Part shown: positions 49,288 through 61,965 of the stretch, piece by piece
How positions within the stretch are numbered: position 1 is the stretch's first letter
Layout of the letters: the number at the start of each line of letters is the position of its first letter
Assembly (NCBI GenBank): GCA_030390025.1
Contig: JASTWF010000104.1
Span: forward strand, 248,001-312,000
Origin: Squalus acanthias
Taxonomy: Eukaryota
DNA length: 64,000 nucleotides
Direction of reading: 5' to 3'
Program-made: the position numbers and the translations under genes
Notes under the pieces: generated by a model
What the model was told of the DNA's origin: nothing
Seen by the model: the letters and a program-made list of their open reading frames with translations, nothing else
The model's database searches: none

Positions 49288-51644
49288 AATGACAAGGTTT
49301 CTGCTCCTGCTCGCCCTGGTAGGGGTGAGCATCGGTGACCGAGGTGACGTGGAGGACTCGCACATCTATGGGTGCTCAGGAGTGAGAGCACCAGTCGTCA
49401 CCGCAGGGGGTGGCGAGCGGGGAGTGGAGGAACTCGCCATCTACTTCCACGAGGGAAGGTGGCCAGGGTGGCTGGGGTCCAACTCTACTAAATACTCCAG
49501 CCAGCCTGGGTTCATGTACGGGGAGGCCTCCCTCCCATGCCCCAGAATATAGGTCGTTGCCACAAGGGTCAGTGTCACCGAGGGGAAGCGTGTGTGCCTT
49601 ACCTGTAAGGGACGAATTCCCCTGAATAGGTGGTGGTGGCTCAGGAAGCTGAGCAGGGATGCAGGGGACCATACAGCCGACTGGGAAAGATTAGGGAACG
49701 ACACCCACCGGACAATCACAGGGACCCAAGGAGGAGTTAGTGTTTGTTGGGATAAGTGGTGGGAGTCGGAACAGGGAGTCTATGTTTGTATGTGGGGATC
49801 AGAGGAAGCCTGCCCCACAGGGGTATCCATCATCTTCTCCAGCCAATGACAAGATGCCGGGGAGGGGATAGGGTGGGATTTTAGCCTGCATGGGTGCGTG
49901 GTCCCACACATTCCGGTCCCAGTTAATGCCACTGAACTCGTGGCACACACCCGAAAGCCCCTACCCATAACCCAGGTACCGAAAACCCTGGAAGAAAAGT
50001 GCCCTACCACCACCAAGGGACCAGGGAATGGGTTGGTCCTAGTACCAACCGAAAAGGTACTATACTAGGGGGTACACTATGCCGTAGCTTCAGTAATATT
50101 AAACCTCACCGAGGTATACTTACCTGAGTGGTTTCCTAAGGAGACGGAGCAGCTGTACCAGGCCCTGCTAAAGGAAATGTTTAGGAAATTTTACGAATTT
50201 GATTTTGCCAATATAGACAAGGTAGAGCTAGACAGAATACACCCTGAGAACCCTATGGGCATGGGTAGACAAAGAAGGGGAGCCTGGAATGATGTTTTCC
50301 ATGCCTATGGTACAGGGTCCTCTGTAATAAATAGCCTGGATGACATGGAATTACAGACACAGATAAATGGTTTAAAAACCCAGTTAAGAAAGATCCTGAA
50401 GGATGGGAACACAGTGGTAGGCTCAGAGCTACATGAGGACCAAGCTATGACGGTCCATTTAAAGGAAATTATTGCAGAATTGGAAAGGCATGCCAAAACA
50501 GTAAATGCACTCATACGGGATGATAGGAATGCATCGGATCAGGCTGCACAGAATGAGGTGTGTGTGCTGTACGGGGCATGGTTGCTGGGCGAGGGCCGTA
50601 GCAACCTGGAGGAATTAAAGCAAGGTTTAGTCCCCTCCTGGATCAGCAACAAGCACCTCGCAGCCCTCCACCCGTTTAGTAATTCGCTGAGCCCATGCCA
50701 ATTTCATCTAGCCTCTGAAGCCTACCCTGTCCCAATAGATTGTGGGCGTTCAAATCACACTATCATGGGGATAGTAGTGAGAATGCCGGTCATGAGTGGG
50801 ACAGCCCGACCCGTACCGGTATACAGGGTGGAGAACATTGGAGTCATTCAAGGGGGTGCACACATCTGTTTTACAGCGGTCCCACCTTATGTCATAAAGT
50901 GGGAGCACGCCATGACAGGTACTGACCTCTCCGGGTGCCGGAGCCGGGGTTCACACATAATACTGTGTCCCCAGCACTTGGACGCCTATTCGAAACCACA
51001 GTGCAGGGTTAAAGCTGCTGGCGCACGACCTATCAATTGTACCATGGAGGTGATGGCACACGGCCATGTTTCCCCACAGGTAGCATATATAGGGGGTGGG
51101 ACATATTGTGTCACCACAGGTGCGTTCCACTACCAGCATGGACACTTCTGGTGTCCGGTAAGTGACAGCAGTTTCTGCTTTAAACCCGAGGCAGAAGTTC
51201 AAGTGGCCCAGGAACGGATTGTCCCCATTCCTGAACCCTCCACTGTTCACCTCACTGCAACAGAAAACATCACCAACCTGCAAAAGTATGTGACTTACTT
51301 TGGATATAAAATTCCTCCTCTACCCGAACATCTTACCATCCTACTTAAAGCTGTAGAGATTTCACAAAAAACATTTCTACACCCTGGAACAGAAAACAGT
51401 TGAAATAGGGGCAGAGATTTTGGATATAGTAGTTCCACCCTGGTGGGATATTTTCGAGAATATAGAGGTACCTTCCTGGATCAGGATGGCTTCCCATCTT
51501 TTGGTGGTCTGCCAGCTTGGGATAGTTCTCTACCTGCTGTGTACAAAGTGCAGGGGAAGGGACGGGGAGCTCCGCTCCAGACACGAAGGGACTTGGGAAG
51601 TGCATCAAAATAAAGGCTATGGCCAGGGATGGAATGAACCTTGA
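49288..51644 (+). pseudogene. env: Env-like class I fusion glycoprotein gene, disrupted by stops and frameshifts
   Basis: Signal peptide MTRFLLLLALVGVSIG, furin site RQRR followed by GAWNDVFHAYGTGSSVINSLD, heptad region, Cys-rich segment, C-terminal TM HLLVVCQLGIVLYLLC; longest open piece 50177-51403. Confidence 0.75.
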
Positions 51645-53911
51645 ATTTTGTCTTTTAATAAAAAGATTTGTATGTGTGTTGTGTCATTTTTATGATGTGT
51701 ATGATGTGTTTTTTTCCAAGCTGTGCAGGGGTGTTGGACACTCTCCGTGCTTGGATGTGAAATAAAGATTGATTCTTACCTGTATGTACCTGAAACACCA
51801 CTTTCAAAAGGGGAATGAATGTTTGGGTTTTTAGTTTAGGTAATACAGGGGAAGGTTGGTTTTCGGGGATCGGAAATTTTGCTCACCTGTTAATGATACT
51901 AATTCAGTTTTAGTATCAAAGTGGGGGATGTAGGCTTCGCAAACTCCCCCAGAAACTCGAACAGAGCCCTAAAGGGAGTGATTTTTGGACTTTTCATACA
52001 AACTTGGGATGATGGGACCTAAGTGAAGTGATTTGATGTAAAACCCTAAAGATCACAAGAAGAAAACCCTGAGGAAAATGACTTTTCGAACCTTATTGTT
52101 GGGAAAGACACCTTTCACAGACACACAGGCTGCAGAGGGGCGTGGCCAGGCAGTGTAGTAAGCTGTCGACAAAACCAAAAGCCTCACAACACAAAAGACA
52201 ATATGAATAATCCAAGACCTCTTTTGGAATCAATAAAACATTTAGTACTTCATCAAAAACCAATCAACCAGGTATCCACAGAACAGATTTAAAAGCCCGC
52301 CAAAAGACCTAGGACAATAGGGGGAGATTTGGCGCGTAGATAAGGCTGTGTTTAAATCGGAAAACGATCGAGACATGTTTAACACTGAGCAAAAGCCATC
52401 GGAACTGGCAAGCCCGCCAAAACTAGACAATTGGACTAAGCAAGGTTCATTTGCAACCTAAAGGAATCCGTTTTAGTAAGGGTTTTTTGGGCGCGAAAAA
52501 GAAACAGTATAATTGAAAGCCTGTGCCATAATTTCTCTCTCTTTCAGACTGGCTGACCACGCGGACACAGCTCTCTCCCTGCTCCAGCAAAACCTACAAC
52601 AAGCCACGACGAAGAAGGCCAGAAAACAGACCAGCACGCAAGAAGAAACCAGAGCGACTGCCTCAGTGACCATCGGACACCTCGCAGCAACAAGGGCCTT
52701 ATGGAGTCTTTTAAACAAAAGACTCTAAAATCCTGTCAAGGATTCGTTGGTGAGCATTATCCCTGATCTCCTGAAACCAAAAACCTAGCTTGATAGTGGG
52801 ATCTTTGGGAGGGATAAGGTTTTGTTTGATATATTGTCATTTCCCTCGCTTGTACCGTGTGCTCCCCAATCTGTGTTTAAGTAATAAGTGTGTTTCAAGT
52901 TTGTTACCTTTTTCTTTTAATAAAGTAAAATTCTTTCATCAGAACCTGTCGTTTACTGCAATTTTGTTCACAACCCCTAAATAAGTCCAAAGTCTAGGAA
53001 CCAGAGGGGTGTGGAAGCGATTCGAACCTCTCACTGTGTCAGAAAGCGAAGGCTGACCCCATTAAGATACCCCTTACAGGGACCCACTCCAAGACTCGGA
53101 GCCCCGGGCCCCACTCCCCGACTCAGAGCCCCACTCGCAGACTCGGACCCTGGGCCTCACTCCCAAACTCGGAGCCCCGGGCCCCACTCCCAGACTCAGA
53201 GCCCCGGGCCCGACTCCCAGACTCAGAGCCCCAGGCCCCACTACCAGACTCGGAGCCCCTGGCCCCACACCCACACTCGGAGCCCTGGGCCTCACGCTCA
53301 CTCTCACTCCCAGACTCAGAGCCCCGAGCCCCACTCCCAGGTTCAGAGCCCCGGGCCTCACTTTCACTCACACTCCCAGACTCGGAGCCCCGGGCCCCAC
53401 TCCCAGACTCAGAGCCCCGGGCCTCACTCCCAGACTCAGAGCCCTGGGCCTCAATCTCACTCTCACACCCAGACTCGGAGCCCCGGGCCCCACTCCCAGA
53501 CTCGGAGCCCCGGGCCCCACTCCCAGACTCAGCCACGGGCCCCACTCCTAGACTCGGGGCCCCGGGCCCCACTGCCAGACTCAGAGCCCTGGGCCCCACT
53601 CCCAGACTCAGAGCCCCGGGCCCCACTCCCAGACTCAGAGCCCCGGGCCCCACTCCCAGACTCGGAGCCCCGGGCCTCACTCCCAGACTCGGAGCCCTGG
53701 GCCTCACTCCCAGACTCGGAGCCCCAGGCCCCACTCCCAGACTCAGATCCCTGGGCCCCACTCCCAGACTCAGAGCCCCAGGCCCCACTCCCAGAATCGG
53801 AGCCCCGGGCCCCACTCCCAGACTCAGAGCCCCGGGCCTCACTCTCACTCCCAGTCCCGGGCCCAGAGCCTGGGCCCCTCTCCCACTCTCAGACACCTCT
53901 CCTTTCCATAC

Positions 53912-54007
53912 CTGTGCTGACTCTTCTTCCTGTCTCCTCTTCTCATCTTCGGTCTCCACCAGCTTCTCTTTGGTCTCCAAGAGTTCCTTGTTGAGAACAT
54001 CGACTTT
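53912..54007 (-). pseudogene. RABGAP1L: RABGAP1L-like exon remnant (duplicate)
   Basis: KVDVLNKELLETKEKLVETEDEKRRQEEESAQ then GTATGG donor. Confidence 0.68.
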
Positions 54008-55929
54008 GTTTGCTCTGTCAGGTGGATATAAAAGATCCAATGGCACAATTCGAAGAAGAGCAGGGGAGTTCACCCGGTGTCCGGCCAATATTTATCACTC
54101 AACCAACACCTAAACACCGATGATCTGGTCATTATCTCATTACTGTTTGTGGGAGCTTGCTGTGCGCAAATTGGCTGTCGCATTTCCTACATTACAACAG
54201 TGACTACACTTCAAAAAGAACTTCATTGGCTGTGATGAGCTTTGGGACGTCCTGAGGTTGTGAAAGGCGCTATAGAAATGCAAGTCCTTCTTTCTATTTC
54301 TGATTTTTGTACAAAGGGACATTCTGCACACATTCTCTCGCTGTGGGGAATACATCGTCAGAGGTTCGGTCACTCAACCAGAGGCAAAGGCTGCATCAGG
54401 AGAATGCTGCAGCACCCCGGGTCACAGGCCCTGGGCCTCACTCCCACTCCAAGTCACAGGCCCTGGGCCCCACTCCCACTTCCAGTCACAGGCCCTGGGC
54501 CTCACTCCCACTCCCAGTCACAGGCCCTGGGCCCCACTCCCACACCCAGTCACAGGCCCTGGGCCTCACTTCCACTCCCAGTCACAGGCCCTGGGCCTCA
54601 CTGCCATGCCCAGTCACAGGACCTGGGCCTCACTTCCACTCCCAGTCACAGGCCCTGGGCCCCACTCCCACACCCAGTCACAGGCCCTGGGCCTCACTTC
54701 CACTCCCAGTCACAGGCCCTGGGCCTCACTGCCATGCCCAGTCACAGGACCTGGGCCTCACTCTCACTCCCAGTCACAGGACCTGAACCTCACTCCCACT
54801 CCCAGTCACAGGGCCTGGGCCTCACTGCCACTCCCAGTCACAGGCCCTGGGCCCCACTCCCACTCCCAGTCACAGGCCCTGGGCCTCACTTCCACTCCCA
54901 GGCACAGGCCCTGGGCCTCACTGCCACTCTCACTCACAGGCCCTGGGCCTCACTTCCACTCCCAGTCACAGGCCCTGAGCCTCACTGCCACTCTCAGTCA
55001 CAGGTGCCTGGGCCTCACTCTCACTCCCAGTCACAGGACCTGAACCTCACTCTCACTCCCAGTCACATGCCCTGGGCCTCACTCCCAGTCACAGGGCCTG
55101 GGCCTCACTGCCACTCCCATTCACAGGCCCTGGGCCTCACTCCCACTCTCAGTCACAGGTGCCTGGGCCTCACTCCCACTCTCAGTCACAGGTGCCTGGG
55201 CCTCACTCCCACTCTCAGTCACAGGTGCCTGGGCCTCACTCCCACTCCTACTCCCAGTCACAGGGCCTGGGCCTCACTCCCACTCCCAGGGCCTGGGCCT
55301 GGGCCTCACTCTCACTCCCAGTCACAGAGCCACGAAGTTGGCATGCTGCCTTTGTTACCAGAAATGTGTGCGGGTAAATCGCGCTTCATGATCCCCCACC
55401 AGATTTATGGGGCTATTAAATTTATCCCCACAGAGTCCATGATAGGGTAGAGTGTACATGGTGTTTTGAAGGAGATTAAATGGGTGGGTAGACTCCATGA
55501 TAGGGTAGAGTGTACTTGGTGTGTGGAAGGAGATTAAATGGGTGGGTAGAGTCCATGATAGGGTGGAGTGTACATGGTGTGTGGAAGGAGATTAAATGTG
55601 TGGGTAGAGTCCATGATAGGGTGGAGTGTACATGGTGTGTGGAAGGAGATTAAATGGGTGGGTAGAGTCCATGATAGGGTGGAGTGTACATGGTCTGTGG
55701 AAGGAGATTAAATGGGTGGGTAGAGTCCATGATAGGGTAGAGTGGACATGGTGTGTGGAAGGAGATTAAATGGGTGGGTAGAGTCCATGATAGGGTAGAG
55801 TGTACATGGTGTGTGGAAGGAGATTAAATGGACGAATGGGTAAATGGCCTTTTCTCGTTGCAGTTTCTTGATATTTTGAAGTAAATAAAACAAGCGAGAG
55901 TTCAGCTCGCTCCTCCGTGACCTTGGAGT

Positions 55930-58320
55930 TACGGTTGGGTGAAAGAGGAAACTGTGTCCCACTCTCCTGAACTGTTCCACCCACTTCTGGCGTGGCCCGT
56001 GGCGGCCGCCATTTTGGGCAGGTCGGCAGGGCGGCCGTTACCTGCGTTCACTAGAAAAATGATAAAGAGGCAGATCGTAATGTCAATCAGTGTGGATTGC
56101 TGAATTGACGCACGACCTGCTATTTTGGACGTTGCCCCTCGAATGTACATCTCTCCAAAGCACGCACAGGTGAGCGTGCATTCAGCTGCACGATGGACCC
56201 CCCACCAGCACTACTTAAAGGGACACACGCAACTTTCAGGTAAGTTTTGATTTTTGCTTTTGTACTGGTTCCTGTACAGCTTATTGGAGTAGTGGCTCCG
56301 TGTAAGACATTTAAAAAGTTGTTAAAGTGTGCAGGGAGTGCTGCTGGACATTTGCAAGGCTTTGGCTCTTAAAGGAAGGCCTCTGAGAACACCGCTTGCT
56401 CCCAGTCCTGGGGGGTCTAGTTGCAGTCCCCCTTGGGCTGCAGCATGACATGGAGATGGAGCAGAGGCAGCAAAGGAGACAAGCTGCTCGCAGAGGGAGG
56501 AGGAAGCAGAAGAGCAGGAGGAGGAAGCGGAAAGAAGGAGGCACCCGGGATATCTGGGATTGAATCATCTGCCTGAGGTACCAGTGACCACTGCCCCAAT
56601 TCCCCTTTCTGCTGAAATAAAAGCCACCACAAAGCAAACTTTCAAATTCAACTTTATCTATATATACTTGCAATATTACATCAAAAAATCAACTAATCAC
56701 TCTTGTATACTCCCTTAGTATCTGTCTGGCGTGTGCCTTTGTCTATCCTGGTGCTCCTACGCAGTGCTACCCCAGTGGCTGCAGCATGGCTGGTGGAAGG
56801 CTGCTGACTTTCAGTGGGGGAGATTTGAAAATGGCCTTGCTGGTCGACCTCGAGGAGCTGGTGGCTGGAGTGTGAAATCGAGTGACGGTGTTTCTTCTTC
56901 TTCACTCTCCTCTCCTTCTTCTTGTTCAACCACTGGCTGGACGGTCTGGGTTTGTTGGGTGTCTGAAATGAGGAAGGCACAAGGGTAGAGTTGTGGTGAG
57001 GGAAGGTGGGTAAAGCAAGAGCTGCATGCTTACACCATGTGCAGCTTGTAAATCAGAAGAGATTGTGGGATGAGGGGGAAGTGGGATGTGAGAAGGAGGA
57101 TAACGTATGAGGATACCGGCACCTTGTATTCTTTCAGCCCCGCCGCTGGCCACCAGCTCAGTCATGCCCCTGCCAAGAATGGTCAGCACCGTCTCCTCCA
57201 AGGGGGTGAGGTGATGCAGGCGAGACTGTCCCTCGCCAGTTAAGGTCTGCTGGCCCCAGTTATGCGCCACCTTTTCCTGCAAGAGAAAGGGAAGTGTGTC
57301 AGTGAGTGTGGTGTAATGTGTTTGGGTGATGTGGCTGTCATGGTTGAATAACTGACTGTGATCAAGCTGTGAGATGTGGGTGTGAGGCTTGCATCAGTGC
57401 TAAGTGTGTGAGTGTGAGGTGAAGGTAGGAATGTGAGGTGTGCCTTGTGATTGCTCGAGATTGTTGGTAGGTGAGTGATGGGGGGGTCATGCAGTGAGCA
57501 GTGTGTGAGGCTCGTGCTGCAGTTGGTAGGAGACGGCTTTTGAAGATTTGGTCCCACATCCTTTATTCTGGAGGGCCTCCTGGTCCCCTGGCGATAGAGG
57601 ACTTCACTTCGAGTGTTCACCCCCTGCATAAAGGCTTCGAGCGTTGTGTCCGAGACCTTGGGTGCCCATTCACAGAATCCCCACAATGCAGATAGAGGCC
57701 ATTTCGGCCCATCAAGCCTGCACCGACACATATCCCACCCTATCCCCGTAACCCCACATATTTAATCCCCCTAACACTAAGGGTCAATTTATCATAGCCA
57801 AATCAACCTAACCAGCACATCTTTTGGACTGTGGGAGGAATCCGGAGCAGCCGAAGGAAACCCACGCAGACACGGGGAGAATGTGCAAACTCCACACAGA
57901 CAGTCACCCGAGGCCGGATTCGAACCCAGGTCCCTGGCGCTGTGAGGCAACAGTGCTAACCACTATGCCACCGTGTTGCTCCCTGGCCTGTTGACCCATT
58001 TGGGTTTGTGCTGACGTACATTTAACATTTTTCATCACCAGAAGGCAGCTCACCTTTAAGATGTGCCGACTGCCTTTAAGAAGTGCAGGTTAGCGTTAAG
58101 TAAAGCTCGCCTCGCGCGAACATCGCAAACTTCAGCCCCCTGCTAAGTGCACAGCCAGTCAGCAGCGCGTTCAGCGCTGGGCTGCCGCTGCAGTCATGTA
58201 AAGTAACAGGCAGCTCGAATTTATGTGCTGCCTGAACTCCTTTCAACAGGCCCGGGCAGATCGCACATCGCAATCCCCGCACCCGTTTTTGAGCTTAATT
58301 GAATTTCACCCCCCCCCCCG
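55930..58320 (-). mobile_element. Decayed Harbinger-like transposon (duplicate)
   Basis: Mirror of 33915-37560 without the LTR and CR1 insertions, with a SINE insertion. Confidence 0.6.
57671..57979 (-). mobile_element. tRNA-derived V-SINE (HE1-like)
   Basis: A box TGGCATAGTGG, B box GGTTCGAATCC, V-domain GTGTGGAGTTTGCACATTCTCCCCGTGTCTGCGTGGGTTTCC, CR1-like tail; absent from the left arm. Confidence 0.85.
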
Positions 58321-59039
58321 CCCAGAATCTCAGCACAGGCTCTTCTTCAAATGGGCTCCTGTTTAATGGTTCACGGGGGGTGGGCGGGGGTGTTGGTCAC
58401 CGGTGAGCCTGGGTCCGCAGTTCTAGCTGGTCCTAGCTGCTGTTCTTCTGGCTGATTGGACAGTTATTATTAGAGGCTCAGACCACAGCAGAAATCCCCG
58501 GTGCAAAAAATAACTGAAAAGACTGTCAGATCGGAAGAATGAAGCTTCACCAACAGAGGAAGTGAAAGAGGGAGGTCGGTGCAGCTGTACGTTGGCTAAT
58601 TGAACCGCGCTCACAGCCGAGAATCTTACAGCACAGAAGGAGGCCATTCGGCCCATCGTGCCTGTGCCGGCTCCTTGAAAGAGCTTCCCAATTAGTCCCA
58701 CTCCCCCTCTCTTTCCCCGTAACCCAGCAAATTGTTCCTTTTCAAGTATATATCCAATTCCCTCTTGTGAACATGGGCCCACAACACTAGACTGCCCCTA
58801 ACTTGGGCACGAAGTTGGCATCTCATTCATTCACTGGAACAAGAAAAGCCTGGTGTGGGAAATGGAGCTCAGGGCTGCGAACATTCCCTCTCCTCTCCTG
58901 AGGAAGGCTTCATGCTGGGGGACAGTTCCATGGGCCCCGACAGCACATTCCGACCTCACCCACTTCCCCATTCCACGTGTGTAAGCCTGGAGCCTGTCAG
59001 CAGCATATCTGACTGCAGAGGGCATCACCACTGTGTCTA

Positions 59040-59920
59040 ATTCTGTCCTCACCCCAAATCCACACACAACTTGCATTTATCTCGTGCCTTTAATGTACAA
59101 AAGGTCTCGAGGCACTTCACATAGCTGCTGTAAGAACGGGGTGTGGGGGGAACGTTAGGAAGGGTGATTGAAGGCTTGGGTGAAAGGATGGCGTTTGATG
59201 GAGGAGAGAGAACTGGAGAGGGGGAGGGATTAAGGCCGGGAGTTCAGAGAGCAGGGCCTAGGCGCCTGAAGGCTCCGCCATCAATGGTGGGATGAAGGAA
59301 GCAGCGATGGGCAGGAGGCCAGAGTCAGAGAGAGAAGGGTGTGGGAGGGAATGTAGCTCAGCAGGACACAGAGGTACGGTGGAGCCAGGCCATGGGGGGA
59401 ATCAGAGACAAGGCTTTCAAATTCGATGTGTTTGGGGATGAGGGAGGCAGCATAGGTCAGTGAGGTCAGGGGTATTAGGTCAGTGAGGTCAGGGGTAGTG
59501 GGTCAGTGAGGTCAGGAGTAGTGGGTCAGTGAGGTCAGGGGAAGCAGGTCAGTGAGGTCAGGGCTAGTAGATCAGTGAGGTCAGGAGTAGTAGGTCAGGG
59601 GTAGTGGGTCAGTGCGGTCAGGGGTAGTAGATCAGTGAGGTCAGGGGTAGTGGGTCAGTGAGGTCAGGCGAAGTGTTGGAACAGCACTTGGTGTGAGGCA
59701 GGATACGGATCACTGCAATTTGAACAAGTTGGGGTTTATGGAGTGTGGATGAAGGAAGCCGAGAGAGGACATTGGAATAATCGAGTTTGGAGGCGAGCCA
59801 AGCAGATATAAAGGTTTCTTCTGTCAAGGAGCTGATGCAGACTGGAGATGGGCAATGTTGTGGAGATGGAAATAAGAGGCTGATGAGATGGAGAGGATGT
59901 GTTATTTGAAGCTCAGCTAT
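59040..59920 (-). mobile_element. Degenerate L2-like LINE 3' part containing a 21-bp minisatellite (59455-59670)
   Basis: SKLDYSNVL..QLVQ..RIL remnant, tail ATAAATGCAAGTTG; repeat GGTCAGTGAGGTCAGGGGTAGT. Confidence 0.6.
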
Positions 59921-59924
59921 TGGC

Positions 59925-60455
59925 GGACCAATAGGAAGGAGCCATGTTTACTGGTCCCTTTTGGGGGATCAATAGGAAGGAGCCATGTTTACTGGTCCCT
60001 AGTGGGGTCCAATAGGAAGGAGCCATGTTTACTGGTCCCTATTGGGGTCCAATAGGAAGGAGCCGTGTTTACTGGTCCCTATTGGGGGTCTAATAGGAAG
60101 GAGCCACATTTACTGGTCCCTAATGGGGGACCAATAGGAAGGAGCCATGTTTACTAGTCCCTAGTGGGGTCCAATAGGAAGGAGCCATGTTTACTGGTCC
60201 CTATTGGGGTCCAATAGGAAGGAGCCACATTTACTGGTCCCTAATGGGGGACCAATAGGAAGGAGCCATGTTTACTAGTCCCTAGTGGGGTCCAATAGGA
60301 AGGAGCCATGTTTACTGGTCCCTATTGGGGTCCAATAGGAAGGAGCCATGTTTACTGGTCCCTATTGGGGTCCAATAGGAAGGAGCCATGTTTACTGGTC
60401 CCTATTGGGGTCCAATAGGAAGGAGCCATGTTTACTGGTCCCTATTGGGGATCAG
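59925..60455. repeat. ~40-bp CCAAT-palindrome minisatellite (about 13 copies)
   Basis: Mirror of 32710-33042 with more units. Confidence 0.9.
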
Positions 60456-60924
60456 TGGGACATGGACTCCATGGTAGACGTGGAGTGTGGATCCTTTATG
60501 CTGTAAATGTGTGATCGATGCCCCTGATCCCAGTAAAAACACCGTGACCCGGAGCCGGGCCATGGAAGGGGAAGGAGAGGGGAAGGGATTCCAACATGTT
60601 CTGAGTGGACAGGATGGGTCAGTGGGTCAGACCCTGTCCTGTCGCTCCAGCTCACACTGATGGGGTGAGGATCTCCTCTCTCTGCTGGGCCTTCATGAAA
60701 TGAGCTTTCTGTCGAAGCCAGTCCCCAGCGAGAATAGGCCAACAGCACAGAACGGCCCTTAATTAGACAATAAACAGCCAGTCTACTGAGAGAGGCCAAA
60801 GGATGGCCACTGTGTGGGAATGGGGCCTTACTCCAGGATAAGGCATGCTCTGGGGTCAAGGGTTATCATCCATTGGTGGGGCAGAGCAGAGGGAGTTTTA
60901 CTCTGCATTTAAGTGTACTGCACT

Positions 60925-61575
60925 GGGAGAGAGAGAGGGAGACTGTGGGAGAGAGAGAGAGAGACTGTGGGAGAGAGAGAGAGGGAGACTGTGGGAGAGT
61001 GAGAGGGAGACTGTGGGAGAGAGAGAGAGGGAGACTGTGGGAGAGAGTGAGAGAGAGAGAGAGAGGGAGACTGTGGGAGAGAGAGTGAGGTGGAGGCTGT
61101 GAGACAGAGTGAGAGAGAGAGGGAGGCATTTAACTGTGCTACATCTCTCCTCGGTGTTCCACTCTCCAGTAATAATGTCTGTTGTAGAGATCAGTTACAG
61201 AATTCACAAAACTGTGGAGGTGGGAGAGAGACATAGAGAGAGAAAGAGACAGGGAAAGAGAGAGAGGGAAAGAGAGAGAGGGAGAAAGACAGGGAAAGAG
61301 AGAGAGAGAAAGAGCGATAGGGAAGAGAGCGAGAGACAGAGAGAGGGAGAGAGAACTGTGAACCAGAGACAGAGAGGGGTAGAGGGAGGCTGTGAGACAG
61401 AGGGAGATGAAAGCTAAGACAGGGAGAGGGTACCAGAGAGAGAGAGGTGGAGGCTGAGAGCCAGAGAGAAGGAGACAGAGGGAGAGAGATGGAGGCAGTG
61501 AGACAGAGGGAGGAGAGGCAGTGAGACATAGTGACAGAGAGAGGGGGAGGGAGAGAGAGAGAGAGAGAGAGAAGA
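60925..61575. repeat. GA-rich simple repeats upstream of the V promoter
   Basis: (GA)n and GAGACTGTGGGAGAGA units; expanded relative to 31950-32235. Confidence 0.8.
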
Positions 61576-61670
61576 GGAAGTGAAACGTGCTGACGTGGCT
61601 TTCTCTGGGTGAAGACATTTACATACTGAGGGCCGGACAGTGAGACTCTCGCAGGCTGCAGGTTTATAAA
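61576..61670 (+). promoter_or_regulatory. V-gene promoter: GGAAGTGAAA, TGACGTGG, ATTTACAT, TATAAA
   Basis: Motifs at 61576-61585, 61591-61598, 61617-61624 and 61665-61670; ATG at 61731. Confidence 0.7.
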
Positions 61671-61730
61671 GCAGAGCCCAGTGAAGGGGCAGTTTATCAG
61701 TAACCAGGCACAGGGACAGGAGCAGACACC

Positions 61731-61779
61731 ATGATTTCACCCGTCCAGCTGATCTGGCCTCTGGCATTCTGCGTCGCAG
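61731..61779 (+). CDS. IGKV: Leader exon of the Ig V gene (MISPVQLIWPLAFCVA-G)
   Basis: ACCATG context, signal peptide, phase-1 GT donor at 61780, 186-bp intron. Confidence 0.93.
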
Positions 61780-61965
61780 GTACGAATCTCTCTCCTTCCA
61801 CGTTTAATATCTCCCTGCTGTCGATTTCTGTCCAATTCTACTGACTTGTGATTGAAGGGAAAATGCTGAAACTAGAGGAATGGTCACTGTCTCGAGCAAT
61901 ATCTCATTTTACAGCGTCTTTCTGTGACAGTGCTTACTTCACTTTCTTTCTCTATTTCCCCTCAG

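Larger units (their letters stand above)
44898..53078 (+). mobile_element. Env-bearing LTR retroelement / endogenous retrovirus-like provirus, pol internally deleted
   Basis: 5' LTR about 44898-46086 (first ~7 bp missing), PBS, gag, pro/RNase H remnants, env, polypurine tract about 51918-51928, 3' LTR 51929-53078 (TGTA...TACA). Confidence 0.92.

Noticed and set aside
57900-57979. tRNA gene
   Set aside because: A and B boxes belong to the head of a SINE followed by V-domain and LINE-like tail
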